A stretch of 64,000 nt of DNA, from the NCBI GenBank assembly GCA_951406725.2, contig OX597815.1:140864001-140928000 (forward strand), read 5' to 3'. Under the pieces are notes generated by a model that searched no databases, had not been told where the DNA came from, and saw nothing but the letters and a program-made list of their open reading frames with translations. The position numbers and the translations under genes were made by a program. Shown here one piece after another: positions 41,513 to 56,548 of this stretch; the stretch's first letter is position 1, and each line of letters opens with the position of its first letter. This DNA comes from Octopus vulgaris (lineage: Eukaryota).

Positions 41513-41637
41513 GCACAACAGAGATGGACGCTTCAATTCTATGCTGCTGCCGCATTATGTCGTACGCGAATGGGAGGATTTGCATCCCCAACCAAGAATT
41601 TTTGATGTAACACATGTCCTTGTGGAAGCTGTTGTGC

Positions 41638-41715
41638 GCGGCTGAAGAAGGCCACAGACATACATTATGCATTGTTATAAATCTGTCTAATAAAGGCCCG
41701 AAACATATGTACCGC
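41638..41715 (+). ncRNA. Type I hammerhead ribozyme, intact core
   Basis: gcgg-CTGAAGA-aggcc acaga...tctgt...ggccc-GAAA-CATATG-TA-ccgc; stem I gcgg/ccgc, palindromic stem III ACATATGT, GUA triplet. Confidence 0.85.
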
Positions 41716-41837
41716 TGAATCCTTCGCATCATGTTTTTATTTTGATCAATTTACTCCACCACCTACACCACCAAACGGTATACACAGGTGCTTATAATTA
41801 TCAAGTACTCACCCCGAATTTCTATTTATATATATAT

Positions 41838-42256
41838 ATAGGTGTGGCTGTGTGGTAAGTAGCTTGTTTACCAACCACATGGTTCCAGGTTCAGTCCCAC
41901 TGCGTGGCATCTTGGGCAAGTGTCTTCTACTATAGTCTCGGGCCGACCAAAGCCTTGCGAGTGGATTTGGTAGACGGAAACTGAAAAGAAGCCCGTCGTA
42001 TATATGTATATATATATGTGCGTGTGTGTGTGTGTGTGTGTGTGTCTGTTTGTCCCCCTAGCATTGCTTGACAACCGATGCTGGTGTGTATATGTCCCCG
42101 TTACTTAGCGGTTCGGCAAAAGAGATCGATAGAATAAGTACTGGGCTTACAAAAGAATAAGTCCCGGGGTCGAGTTGCTCGATTAAAGGCGGTGCTCCAG
42201 CATGGCCGCAGTCAAATGACTGAAACAAGTAAAAGAGTAAAAGAGTAAAGAGTAAA
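41838..42256 (+). mobile_element. Near full-length tRNA-derived CORE-type SINE with internal (TA)/(TG) tract and (AAAGAGT)n tail
   Basis: A box tggctgtgtgg, B box ggttcagtccc, CORE-like cttgggcaagtgtc, tandem tail. Confidence 0.9.
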
Positions 42257-42257
42257 G

Positions 42258-42313
<56 letters not shown>

Positions 42314-45300
42314 GTATGTATGTGCATGCATATATGTATATATGTATACATACATATATATGTACATTTATATAATATACATACGCACACCCACAAACAC
42401 ATGCACACATGTATACACGCATGCACACACAATTATGAGATAGAGGAAATAAATCAATTGATCAACTGGCAAGAATTTAGACGTACTAAGTGGCGTGTAA
42501 TATCTTCGTAATAAATTCAAATTTGCTTCTTAGTTGGAGAATGAAAAATTGACATAACGAAGCGCGGAGATAATTAAATGTATTATTAATTCGATAGACA
42601 ATTATTCATTTTCAATTTAAAGGAAAATCGTATATTTGTTATAAGGCAAGATGACAGTTGCACACATATTTCACCCGTTATCATACATGGTTATTGATAT
42701 ATAATGTTTCGAACTTGTAAGCTCAATGGCCATAATTATTTTTCTAGTAAAGAAGCTACGCACAATGTTAACAGTATATATTAAGAGCATTTGCTTACGT
42801 ACACATACAGAGGAAGAATACAAAAGCATATACACAGACAAACATATGTACAAGTAAATATGGGCATTCATAGATAACGCATTGTTACTTATTGTTCCTT
42901 GATAAATAATATCAAATAAAATATCGAGAGTTATAAGACCAATGACATTTTCCAAATAAATATTTCCATACATATATTCGTTCCATCATGCAAGCAGACA
43001 AACCTTTATGTACACCGGCCTGTTTGTACGTATGTGAGCATGTGTGTTTCTGTGCTTGTGTGTGTGTGTGAGAGAGAGAAGAGAGAGAGAGAGAGAGGCG
43101 AATGAGAGAGATAAACAGACAAACAGAAGGGAAGAATGAAAAGATGGGTCTCTCTTAATTTTTTATTGACCGCAAAAAGGAGAAATCCAAACGTAAGTTC
43201 CACGGAATTTAAATTAAGGGAGCAGAGATTACCCAAAGAATACACCGGGCAAGCTATCTGAATCACTGAGTACCATATCAAACTACCGCCTTACATGCAT
43301 ATACACATACGTGAATGGTCCTGTCCCTTAGATTTGCTAACGTTACAGGTATAATTATCAAATTCATTGATTTTCACAACTTACAAAACCATTGCAGTGG
43401 CTAGATCAACTCCTGTCGGAAGCTTTTCTCACCAGGGGCGAATAAAAGCATGCTGTATTTGTGAGTCTTTACAACGTTATTAAGAACCGGTTGGCTCGGA
43501 TAAAAATTCCGATCGTTTACCCCAAAACCTGACGCTCTTTGGCCATTGTCCTCATTAATTCCTCAATCTCCATTAACAATGTCCTGAATCTGTTGGATGA
43601 ATTGAGATGTCCTCACTGTGTTAGAACTTTTCGAATATTTACTGTTACTTATTGTAAAGTGTGAAACATTTTCGCCAGTAGTTTCCAATTCTATCTCAAA
43701 TTTACGTACAGAAACCTGATAACATTTAGAACGTTGGCCATTTCTAAACTGCGTGTTCTTTCATTCGTCATGTTAGAAATTAATAAGACAAGGCGAGTCT
43801 GCCAGAAATTTTAAAGAAAATGTTTTAACTGTTTAAAGTTCACTTGCATCTACTATCATGTTATAAGGACCAATTGACCTGCTGCAGATTACCGTGCTTT
43901 ATGTTGCCTCTTTTCGATATCTCCCAGTCATAGTTGACTATAGGAGAGCAAAACACGTTTGGATATACGAGCGGAGGCAGCACTGGACAGATATGGGCGT
44001 TTTACCTATTTACTATAAGAAAATGTTTTTCTCTACGGTAACTGCAGTGATTTTGCCTTTACAAGTTGAAATATGCCACAAACATATTTCAACTAGCTAA
44101 AGTTTGTACACACACACATGCACACATGTATATATATTTTTCGTTAGACATTTTCGTTCATAAATTATACAAAGAAAGTACTGGGTTCAAATCATATTGA
44201 AGCTAAAAATAAACATTTCCGGTCCAAATTACAAAAGAAAGCAATATCACTAACTCACAATATGTATTTTAAATGCAACAGTAAACTATCTAGTAAACAC
44301 ACATCAGTGTCAGTACTGAGGATGAACAGTTTTATAAAGAAAAATCGATTACTCATTTGAGAATTTTGTATAATTGATCTTGATAATGAATGAAAAACGC
44401 TGGACACTTCATAGAAATTTAGTATTGTAGTTAAAATAATTAAAGATATAATTCATCTACTCATTGAAAACTTGCATGAAAATTTCAAGAAATGAGTACT
44501 TCGCACAAATACAAACAGACACATGTACACACTCACACACCCGCACATAATTTGACACACAAATAGAAACATAATTACGCAATAACACAAACTGAAAAAC
44601 AAACACACGCACACACACGCGCGCGCACACAAACAAACTTACACATCGAAGAAGAAAAAATTACTACCATAATTATTGCACCAAATGCCTTTAGATATTT
44701 ACTCTTATGCGCATATATTAATGATGTGGAAACAGTATGCACTCATACATTTAAATATACCGTGCCCAACGCACAACTACACATTCAAAAATTTCAACTA
44801 CTACCCAGACACGTACAGACACACACACACACATATACACACGTACGCATCAGAATAGATCTAATTCACACACACGCGCACACATATATAGGTACATATA
44901 CATTAGTATAGATTTATTTCATATGTGTGTGTGTGTCTGCATGTGTGTGCATGACATAGATGCATGTACTATGCATGTGTGCAAACATATACATTCACAC
45001 ACTGCATGACTATATCTAACCAATTGAAACGCACACTAAAATAGGGATAAATAGTTTGAAATAGCATGGAAACATCAAAACAGTTCTGTTCACATCAACT
45101 TCCTCTATATTTTATCTTTTACCTGTTTTCCTTTCTCATTCTTTGAAGTGAAATATAATTATATATATATATATATATGCATTCATACATGTACACATAG
45201 ATACACACACATGCGCACACGCACACACTCAAACACACACATATATATATATATATACCTTTCATGTGAATTTTCTTCAAAGTCTTTTTAAAAAGTCTTG

Positions 45301-45999
45301 CTTACATTTCTTGTCCTATAGTTTTTATCCACATACTCTATTGACCACATTTCTTTATACCAAATAAAAATTATTTCTTTTTTATAACAGGATATATCCT
45401 TCATCTTTTCTCAAAATTCTGCATATTTTTATTGGAAGAAATATATAAAAACATATAACTAACCAGAATGTAAGGTAAACGTAAAAAATTGGCAAATATT
45501 ATTTGAATGAATGCCATGAAGAGAGATCAAAGAATATCATATAACATTGTGCAATATATGTACAACGTTAAAGGCTTTCAAAATCCAAATAAATGAAATG
45601 GCAGTGTGAACTAGCTGCCATGATACCGCCGTTTTTCTTATGGTTGTTGTTCAAAGCTCTTTATTATATGATGGCAAAATGAGTCTTCTACTATGCAAAT
45701 ATATTCTCATATGAGAAAGCTGTTTCACGTAAGTGAAACTTAATTTCTTGATTTTAGCGTCTCTTAAAATCATTCCTGATATTTTCTGTATTTAAAACTT
45801 CAACAAGTTTTCTTTGTTTATCAACATAAAATAAACATTTATATTATAGATCACAGCATCACATCTCAGCACAAGCATTTTCTTTATGATACAGGCTCAG
45901 TTAAGAATGTCTATATTTTATGTAGTTCACACTTTCTGAGGTATAGAGTAATTTCAAATAATTCATGCTGTGTGAATTTCTGTATTAAGCAGTTCCTGT

Positions 46000-46200
46000 A
46001 TGCGAGGGGGTGATGATAAGTTTCTGGTTTTCAGTAAAAGGTAAGGCATTTGTATCAATTAATAATGATTTTATTTAATATATTCCCCTTTCAGATACAC
46101 ACACTTATTGCAGTGGTCCTTCAGAGTTTTCTAAACCCTGTTAAACAACACGGAACAGTCAGCAACCAACCAGGTCTTTCGCGATACCCTGAAAGCCAGG
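46000..46200 (-). mobile_element. Mariner terminal remnant
   Basis: TIR-like tgcgagggggtgatgataagtttct and minus-strand NKCVYLKGEY C-terminal motif. Confidence 0.55.
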
Positions 46201-46469
46201 AACCTTCCAATGTCCCCTTCCACATGACATGGAGTAAGGGTCTTCATTTGCGACACTCACTTCACCCAGATGCTTCATTTCTACAAGATTTCTATCCTCT
46301 TAAAATCATGAGAGTTTTGTAACCTTGTAGCATAAGTTCATATTTGAATATAGAATATTATGAAGATATATATATATATATATACATATATACATATATA
46401 TATATATATGTGTGTGTATGTGCGTGTGTATGTGTGTTTGAGTGAGTATATACATACATACATACATAC

Positions 46470-46513
<44 letters not shown>

Positions 46514-46739
46514 AGTATGTATGTATGTATGTATGTATGTATGTACTATGAGTGTGCGTTTGTATGTAAATATCTGCACATATGTGCATGTATATATATA
46601 CATGCACACAACCTCGGAGCCTCAGAGAGACCACCGTTTTAAGTTTTCCTTGGATGTCAAAATAAAAAGAAATAGAACATTTACCTTTAATTATAAAATA
46701 TAGTCATGCAAACACACGCACGAACCAAGATAACAATAA

Positions 46740-48220
46740 ACCCTGGCACTTAGTACTAATGTACCATCCATATTCTTATATTTAGGAATCAAAACTGAAT
46801 TATACTCTTCCTGCAAAAACAAAACAAACCAAAAGTGCTTTTCTAAAGGCTAAACTTGACAATATCTTACACACCTTTCTCGCCACTATCTGCACAAACT
46901 GCCCCTTTAATAAACACAAACACTTATCTTACAGGGTTCTATTAAACAACTACAGTAGAAATTATTTAAACGTTCTCAAGTAATATACCCACAAGAATTC
47001 TAATATGCATACATACATGCATAAAAATATACATACATGCATACATACATATATACATATACATACACACACACAAAGACACATAAACACACACATGTAT
47101 ACATAAATACATACGCATATACGCATACATATTTGCAATGATGCTCGAGGATGTTCTTAGCCTAAAGTGTTTTGTACGCATATTTTAATACATATAAGAA
47201 TATGCACATATGTTTATAATTCACCACATTTGGGTTTATCCATTTACCCAAAATAATACATCACAAGCATGAATATTAAAAGCCATGCATGAAACCAAAT
47301 AAATAAAATACTTAAAAACATAATCCAAAACCTAACCTTCCACAAGCACAAAACTTAAAGTTTGCAGATAGTACTCAAATAGTATCATCTATAGTTAACT
47401 CCTAGTTACAAATCTGTTGACGAACTAAAATTTCCAGCTACTTTCATTCACGTGTGAATCTTCAAGCACATGATAAACAAATTTCTATTCTGAAAACCCT
47501 ATGCCATAAAGGCAGTACATCTAAATAAACATGCGAAATCACTAAGTCGTACATACATGATAAAATTCTGAAAAATAATCTCTACCTCCCCAAAACAAAT
47601 AGGTTAAATCTTTAAAATAAAACCAACAAAGAAATCGTCTGGTCAACCAACCTTTCCAACTGCTTCAATTCTTTTGTACCCTTAATATCTCTATGACCGA
47701 AAGCTGACATACCTAAATAAACACACTTAATTAGAAAGTTCCACATGCTTTGCTGAGCGCGAACAATAGCCTTCAACTTGCCATGGTAAAACAGATTTAA
47801 TCTGACATAAGTGATCAACAAAACCTCACAGCAACGAGACCTTATTACAGATCTTCTAACCAAGTACATTTTCACCTATCTACATTTCCTTGTGAACTCT
47901 AAAACATATAATCGGATATACCTGATTACACATTTGAAGCGGTGAGTGGATTCCGAATAAAAAGACGACCTTATATTTTATCAACAAAATTCAATTGTAT
48001 TGTATAATCGAAACCTACCCTTCAACATAATTTTCCTTCAACAGAGCCCCACATACCGTGGAAAACTTACGTGTGATTATTTAAATCCAAAATAAAATCA
48101 AATGTACCACAATCTAATGAAGGCTAAGGAGGCTGAAATTGCTACATCACCGTCGAAACTATCCCTGTTTAAGAGCAATAAATCCTTATTCTAAAAATAT
48201 CATTAAATATTTTTTTTTCA
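46740..48220 (+). mobile_element. Highly decayed PLE remnant with a degenerate terminal HHR
   Basis: Fragments FNLPW and a frameshifted YIGYT near 47905; ctaatgaaggc...gtcgaaac followed by aataaa at 48114-48182. Confidence 0.45.
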
Positions 48221-49029
48221 ATTTAACGTTAAATTGTTATTTATTATAACCTCAACTTAAAATTAAATATTCATACACAAACACAAACATATGAATCACT
48301 TATCCCCAGTGTTGTCAGTATAATCTCATTTGTATCTCTAAAGCATGTCTAAAAAATTGTATCAAAGATCACTACCTATGCTGGAACTCACTCTCCAAGT
48401 GTTCTGTTGTTGCATGCACCTCGACATGAGCTGTAGCACATGAAAGCTTTGAATAAAAGCAAACTTGAAAACAATCTGTCGAAACTTATGCGATATCTTT
48501 TAACCTCTTTTCTACATGAGAGTCGAAATTGGAAATTGACATGAAAGCAATGGAACTCGGAAAAAAAGTATCAGCGAATTGTTAAAAAATTAAAACATGT
48601 ATGCATGCCGCACATAAATCAAAATTGTTTAACTGAAATCATCATCAAATGTAGAAGAAAGAAATAATCGATTACTTTTTTTTGAGAACAGGAAAATGTG
48701 TGAAAGGAAGGCGAGTAGACGGATTAAGTGTTAAAATATTCAGTATTTTAATCTCCGTTTTTCCGTTTCCATGAATACGTTTTCCAATATGTTTCAGTGT
48801 TGTTTCTCAAAATCTGAATGTGCCCTACTCGCTCTTTTATTCAACTTTTATGAGATTGTGATTTAATACTCACCGTACACAATATGTAGCCTTGCAAAGT
48901 CTATGAAGCTTTGAGAGATTAAACCAGTTAATTTATGATTTAATTACAATCAATTTCCTCATAATTTTCTAAATCAAATCAAACAAGTAGGTGGGGCATG
49001 GTATCTGTATGTTTTTTTTTATGTTTGTA

Positions 49030-49061
<32 letters not shown>

Positions 49062-49879
49062 TATGAGGTTTGAATTATCTTATTTTTTCAGTAATATCAA
49101 ACGGCGCCTGTTCGTCATTAAAGATTAGGTGTGGGTACTAAATGCTATATTTAAAGATAGCTTTAAGGTCCTATATTTTGTGTTCATTATTTATTCGACA
49201 TTAAACTAACACCCGCTTCCTTCCTGATTGAGTAAAACACCAGATGTTAGCAAACTTAAATGAAATCAAAACGTTGATCATTTGATAAACCGGTGGCTAT
49301 ATATTTCAGAAAAAAGTTAATTACAACCTGAAATTAATTTGTAGTAATTGCAAGTTAGGAAACAAGATTTTGCGGTAAAAAATTTCCTTTAAAAAGGGAC
49401 TGTTCAAAAGTGATATGTCAGTTAAATTAATATTATCTCAGTGAAAATTGAACAATTGCGTCTTAATATTTATAATTTGAATTAAATGCTTTTATATGTA
49501 ATATTCAGCATGTTTAAGACGGTAAATTCTACAAAAATTGTTGGCATTATAGACTTCTAACTGTTGGGTATTCTAACTTTTAACTGTTGGGAAAATGGTT
49601 TGAAGACTGGATGTAATTCCTGTTCTTGTAAGTGGAAACTAGGCATCTGCATTTTGAAGACTTTTGCAACTTCAATACTGGTTGTAGGATTTGATGGTAT
49701 ATGTGTGAACGTAATGAAAATATGCCGTTGATCATTATAATTACAAAGCAAAGTGTGCTTTATATTACAAATCGCAGGTGATAAAATCTGGATAGATGAG
49801 TTTGCGACTTTTTCTATTTTGAAGTTCGAAGTACTCATCCATTCACCCATCCATCTATCCTCCATCCGTCTATTTCCTC

Positions 49880-50380
49880 TGCTTGCTATTCTTGTGAGTG
49901 TCGTAGTGTAGAGTCTTTAGACACCTTCTTCATAAAGTAGTCATAAGCAACTCTCATTAGAAAATCCTATTGAGTACCTAACAGCGACTGTGACTGGATT
50001 TCATCGAACCATTTCGTTTGTTGTCTACTTCTGTTTCTTTCAGTTAATTCGGCTTGAAGTTTCCGCCTTGCAATGCTTTCCTGCGACATTTTAATTATAT
50101 ATCCGTAGTACGGGAGGTGTGACTTCTTAATGTGAAGGCGTAACAGATTGATTTGCAGAAACTCGCTGCTATCGAAGCGACCTACTCTGTCAATTAACGT
50201 CATTCCAAAGATCTTTCGGAGGAACCAATTTCGACCGCCTGTACTCGAGGCCGTACTATTTCAGTCACTACCCAGCATTCATGGTCATAAGTGAATAGGC
50301 TTGAAAACTGAATTGAAGATAATGAGTTCCGTTGAGAATCGAATGCTGGAGCTGGCATATTACTAGCCTCTGTGCTAGCC
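49880..50380 (-). mobile_element. RTE-like LINE 3' remnant
   Basis: SLFTYDHECW...RVQAVEI (LLYG.E.W...IQA.EM motif); YYGYIIKM...RSRQQTKWFD. Confidence 0.7.
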
Positions 50381-53300
50381 TCTGCAATGCTAACATCCAA
50401 TTCTGTCTTCTACATTCCACCATCGTGAATACAGCCTCGAAATTCTTCTCCATTTGTCTCAATAATGTTCCACTAAATTGCGCAAATGCGCTTGGAAGAT
50501 TTTCTTGAAAGGAACAATGTCTCAGTCTTCGCAACGCTAATTCTCTTCCCTGCCTGTCAGTACTCGGCAGCGGAAACAATTTAGAGCATGTCGTCTACAA
50601 ATATCAGCTGACCTGTGATAGTAGTAGTAGTTGTGGTAGTAGTAGAAGTATTAGTATTAGTAGTTTTAGTAGTTGTCTAGTGTTCAGCTGTTGTTGCTAT
50701 CACTGTGTCTGTTTCACTCTCTTACACAAAGAAAACATTTGGCGCGAGTACTGTTCTGTAAGACTTGCATCATCAGAAATTTATGACTGCCTGTGATCTT
50801 TAAGGCTACTGTATTGGTCTACTCCGTGCGAGGTCATGAAACACTTTGAATGTGCTTTCATGGTGCATTTAACTGCATGTTCTGAGCCGTTCTTCAATCA
50901 CTGATATTAATTGTCTACATGTATTGATTTACAGGTCATTGTTGGAGAATTCAACTGGAATATATTGGTGACAACCTCCTATAGACCGCTCAACAACTGT
51001 ATATACAGGCCGGCTAACGTGCCGAAAACATTTCATCAACCAGTTTTCTACGAAAAGGATTTTGTTCATACTGACTAAATGCTATAAAGGATGTGCCATG
51101 AGTCGCTTAATGAGTTTATCATCTCCAAGCAGAAAACATTTGTAGACAACATAGCTTCCCACTCCTAAGGAAGTCTAAGTAGAACATGAGTGCAGAATGT
51201 ATAAACGCAGATATATGAAACCAAAAATGCCTATACACGAATCATAGTTACACCCCAGACTGATGAGGTAAAGGCACAAATGATTTCAAATTCTTTAGTA
51301 GGTTAACGTAACTATATTTCATTTTAAACAATTTCAACTGGTTGAATCAAAATGTAACTCGAACAATCTCATATAATTCCATTCACCACAAAAAATTACC
51401 AGTTGAAATGATAATACAATGTTAAAATAATTATATGACAATTCATACATAATATATCTGGTTTAATGCACATAATTTATAGTTATATTCATAAGCTACG
51501 TTTTTTTTTTTCATACATTTTATTCTGTAAGGGTTCAGCATTAGATAAAATAATCCGATACAGATAAATTGATCGATGCATCTCTGGGATGAATTAACAG
51601 TGCTAATGTCAGCGATTTTGTCGGTCGCTTTACATTAACCACATTGAGATTCATGTTCTCATCCCACGATGTATGTACTGAGATGATGGATTGGGAATTT
51701 CCAATAATTGTGATATTTTTTTTCGGAAAAAGATAACGCCACCTTTATTCAATTAAGCCTGAAAATTATCGTTACTGTTAATCTGTCAAGAATGAATTTT
51801 TTTCAGATGATTCCGTATGATCTAAATTCTCACTCTTATTAACCGTTTCATAAGCATAATGAGGAACTTTCCTACGTACATAAATATACCTTCCTTATAG
51901 TGTTAAAAATTTTTCAAGATTTATTCAATAATGACCTAGTTATCATACATTTCTCGTAATAATACAAACAATAAAAATAGACCTAAGTATAGATTTAGGA
52001 AAATAATTTGGTTCACCACACATCTGTCTACATGTTAAAACTAACATCTCTCGTAGATAAGCATTTTCAAGAGAATCACACATACACAAAGTTATTTAAT
52101 AACCGCTCAGCTACATGATCTTATTGATGCTTCCCCAGTTTGAAGAGTAGAATTATCTGTGAACACCGCCAAGAGCCTTCAACTTGCTGCAACTGTCGTA
52201 GCCCTGGAGTTTGCCTACATGGCTAGGCGTACCTGATATCTCCGCTGTATATGAGGCAGATGTAATAGCAATGATATGTAATAACCTGACCTCAAAGAAG
52301 GGTTACATCGGGTTATGCGGAGGCAACTTCAAAAGATAATATGCTAACAATCCATATTTCCGCCAAAATGTCATAGTAAAGCCACTTAGCTTGCTAGACT
52401 CGTATGGGATGTGATGACCAAACTCTACGCCGTGTACAATCAAGATGAAAGTCATCGAAAGCTCCATGCCATATATTAATATGCAAGTTATGCCTAGCTG
52501 AAAGATAACCCGTCCTTTTTTAATCTAAGAATTCCAGCGCAAGTTTGAATTTCAGGTTTGAAATTTTCAGCAAATGGAAACATAAGGACATATTTTTATT
52601 GACGAATTGAAGAATACCACTCTATCCGTATTGCGCCGTGATAACGAAGACTTTATATTCCTTACGTTGATTCTACATCAACTAGTTTTATAGCTTTATG
52701 GTCAATGGATACATAACTTTAGATCTTTTCCCCTTTTCTTTTCTGCTTGTTTCAATTTTCCACATTTGCATGCACCTCATCTTCTTCTGGCGATGTGTTT
52801 TGTAACTGGTATAGGCCATCTGCACAGAGCAGGTAAATTGTTTGGCGACACTAGGCCCGTTATTAAAACGTGGCTAGAAAATATTTCAAATGCATGAGAC
52901 GATTATTAGCTCAGAACTATATATTGTGTACATTAAAAATATTTGTATCTCATTTAAAGGAGTACTTTGTCATTGATCTTACCGAAAACCGAAATCGAAA
53001 AGCAAACAACAATATATATATACTATATTTGTTCCACGTCCCCGCGTTGTTGTGTTTTTTTGTGCTTTCATGTTTGGATTAACTATATATATATATATAT
53101 ATACATGTATACATTCACGCAAACACACATACACACACATGCACATAAACACATATACATGTACGTATGTAGGTATATATATATATATATATACCTATAT
53201 ATATTCTCTAAAATATTTTTAAAATGTGCATTGTCAAAAGATTTAAAAATTGCATTAAATTTATTAGTATAATACTAGAGGAAGAGGTATTGCCTATAGC

Positions 53301-56300
53301 TTTTATCAGGTGATTATTACCTAGAGGAGACTTTAAGCTCATATTTATCTTTTAATATCTGAAGGCTAATGGTTAGAGAGAAAACGTGTCATTGCTTTGT
53401 ATTTGTGACTAGAATTATTTCTTGCAGACAGTGACAGAGATTTGAGATTCTAGGCATCAAGTTTGTTATTACTATTTTATATTTCTTTGTGAAACTAGCT
53501 TTCCTCCCTTGTAAAACAACACCGATATTATGTAATAATGCTTAACATTAATTTATCTGGGGATTTTTTTTATATTAGAGATGAATATTTTCTAAGGGAA
53601 GAATATTGATCATGAGATCAAGAAAGTATTCTTACACCTGGAGGGTGTAGCTGTTTGAAATGAGAGAAAGTGAATAAAATATAATTACAAGATAACGTTA
53701 CCTATTGCGTTCTATAATCTACTAAAAAATACGGAAAGCGTTATATGAAATAGTTGCTAAATAAAAGTAATTCAGTAATTTTGGAGCGGTTTATCAGGCA
53801 CTGTTACGATGACAATACTGTTAATGTATGAAGAAATTCTGAGATATTTTCATATGATTTTAAAGACACAATGTACATATTTTGATAAACATAGTATTTG
53901 AGAGACACTATAAAATATATAAAACGTTGGTTGACAAACACACTATCTCTATGTGGACAGAAAATTGGATCTATATGAATAGTTTCTTGTATTTTAAATC
54001 TTCATCAGATATTTTAATTCTTTTCTGTCTATACAGAGATTAGTGGCTTAGAGTTATTTATACTGTACAGAAACTAGGACTCAGCTAAACTGGCCAATAT
54101 GATTTGAGTAATAGTGCATACACCGATAATGATTTGTTTTCACTCTCACTGGTTGAGAGCATGATTGGAGCGCTCAAATAGTGGAGGTTCGACACCAATC
54201 ATGTCCTACAAATAAAGTTCATTATAGTAAAAATATAAAAGACAGAGAAATGAAACAGCACACATGTTGCTCAGAGAATGAAAGGTATCCGGTTGTGATC
54301 GAATACCAAATACTTCAGTGACCATTCTTTTGATGCTGTTCAGGATGCCTGTGCTTGTAGCAGTTGCACTGTCTCAGTTGTAGGTACCATATTGCAATGT
54401 AACTTGACTAAGAATAAATTCTGGATCGCAGTGTTTGAGTGTGATGGAAGGGACACATTCAGGGATCAGCGGCCTTATCTATATGCAGCAAGCAGGGTGC
54501 ATACGGAAATAGGAGTCTAGTATACTGCAAAGAGATGGATTAATAAGGATTGATAAGGAAGAGTAGTTGGGATTTGTATTCACAATTAGCTGCGAAGGTC
54601 AGGTGAAGTCATTCTCCATGATTTGAAAGCTCTCGGTGTTCAGAGATGTGGTAAAATGGAAACAGTAGAGTTGATGAGTTTTCTTTTGGTAAGGGATCAG
54701 AAAGATCATTTGCAATTTGCAAGGTATGAATGGTCCAGGGCCCTGGGGTACACATCAGATAGTTGTCTTTCAAAAATTGCTTCACTGTGTCAAAGCCATC
54801 CAGTTTTCGAAACTAAGTGAACTTGAGGTTTGGCGAAATATCTACTGGATAGTGTACAACACAACGGATTTGGATATAAAATTATCAGATTGCAACCCAT
54901 GTTTCTGCTGAGAGAGAAATGTAAATTAAGGCGCAAAAGTTTAGCTTTCTTTTCCCAGCACAGCTAAAATTGTATGTTTATTCAGAGATGCATACCTTAT
55001 ATTTTAAGTTATCTGAACATGTTGTACACTGCAATCTAAACTAATGAAACAGACCACATTGCCGCTGCATTTTCTGCTATACAATTTAGTTGAGCGTTAA
55101 TTTTAATGCACTATAAATATCGTAAGCTACAAATATTTCTGTTCTAAGCTACTAATATTTCTATAGGCAGAGTATCCTGTCTCTCATTAAGGTGTAAAAA
55201 AAACTAGAAAATAAGACAGATCATATTTTTTCTGTTATGGGGAAATAGAATCCACAGTGTAAAAGATTTGGTAACTTATCACGTCTATGATAATGTAGTA
55301 TACCGATTTAAAAAGAGGGGATACGTTAGATTTCTCTCATAGTATTGTTAGACTATAATATCTATCTGTACTAAAAGCAGTAATGCCTCTACTACTTCCA
55401 CAAATTTCAATTAACCTATTTACTGTAACGACAACGTCAGAAAGCGTACTGTTGCTGATATCATTGGCAATACTAACCATATTATCAGAACAAACACGAT
55501 ATGAATAAATGCCATACCATCCGCAAGACCACCACCGCCGCCTCTACCACCATCGCTACTGCCGCCGCCTCCAACACCGCTGCCAAAGCCTCCGCCGCCG
55601 CCGCTACCACCACCACAAAAAAAAACCCACGAAAAGCAACCCATATAACATAAATACCGCTAATATTGTCTGCAACTAGAACCAAATATCAGTGGCGGTA
55701 ACCATGGTTATAATGACAAAAACAAAACAAGTTCAATAAAATTTGGACTCAATAACAAAGCGTTCCATGAGAATGTTGCCAAATGGCTTAACCAAATTTA
55801 TTGACATTCATAAATGTTGCCTGCAGTCCCGAACACAAGTTCGACACACAGTTTTCCTAGTTGCTTATTCGGAGGTAATCATTGGTTTCACATCAATAGA
55901 TTTCTTTTGATATATTTTCCCGGAGAAATCTCGTGACATTTCCAAATAGATTCTATTTTGTTTTGATTTCCTTTTCAAAGTTGAAGATAACTGACTCATT
56001 CTGCCTTCTAAATTACTCGGTAGGAGACCGATGTTTGAGAAAATATGTACACAGAAATCTGTGCATCCACCGGTTTATCGAATGTGAGTTCTTTGCAAAC
56101 GAAGTGAGAAGAATTACTTCCTTAGATGTGTTTTGCAAATCTATTGATCATTTTCTCAAAAGAAAGCCGTGATTTTTCCACGTTATTTTCCTTTATTATA
56201 GATGAGAGATTAAAAGTCGGTGTACATTTTTAGGAAAGATATGTTACGAAGTGATTTTGCTGACTAAGATGAAAATGGTGCTCTAGAAATTTTCGGCATT

Positions 56301-56471
56301 TTAAGATTAAGCACAATCACAAAAATATCCAATTTTGGTACGTAAAATATCATTGTATTATATAGAGTAATGGATTTTTAAAATAAGTTTTGTAATTTAT
56401 CTCTTCTACCTATATTTTGAATTTTTCTCGCCGAAAGAGAAATAGCAGATATGCAGTTATCTATGCATGCT

Positions 56472-56548
<77 letters not shown>

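Larger units (their letters stand above)
41410..41740. repeat. Perfect 112-bp inverted repeat (41410-41521 / 41629-41740) with a 107-bp spacer
   Basis: Arms are exact reverse complements; the identical peptide MMRRIQRY...SSAAHN appears in ORFs on both strands. Confidence 0.97.

Noticed and set aside
51255-51300. CTGATGAGG possible hammerhead core
   Set aside because: No paired stem II, GAAA or UH downstream
54240-54900. Possible L2/CR1 remnant on the minus strand
   Set aside because: Composition is suggestive but I could not read a convincing motif
55420-55685. Gly/Ala-rich ORFs
   Set aside because: Degenerate (CCG/CCA)n tract with no splice or domain evidence
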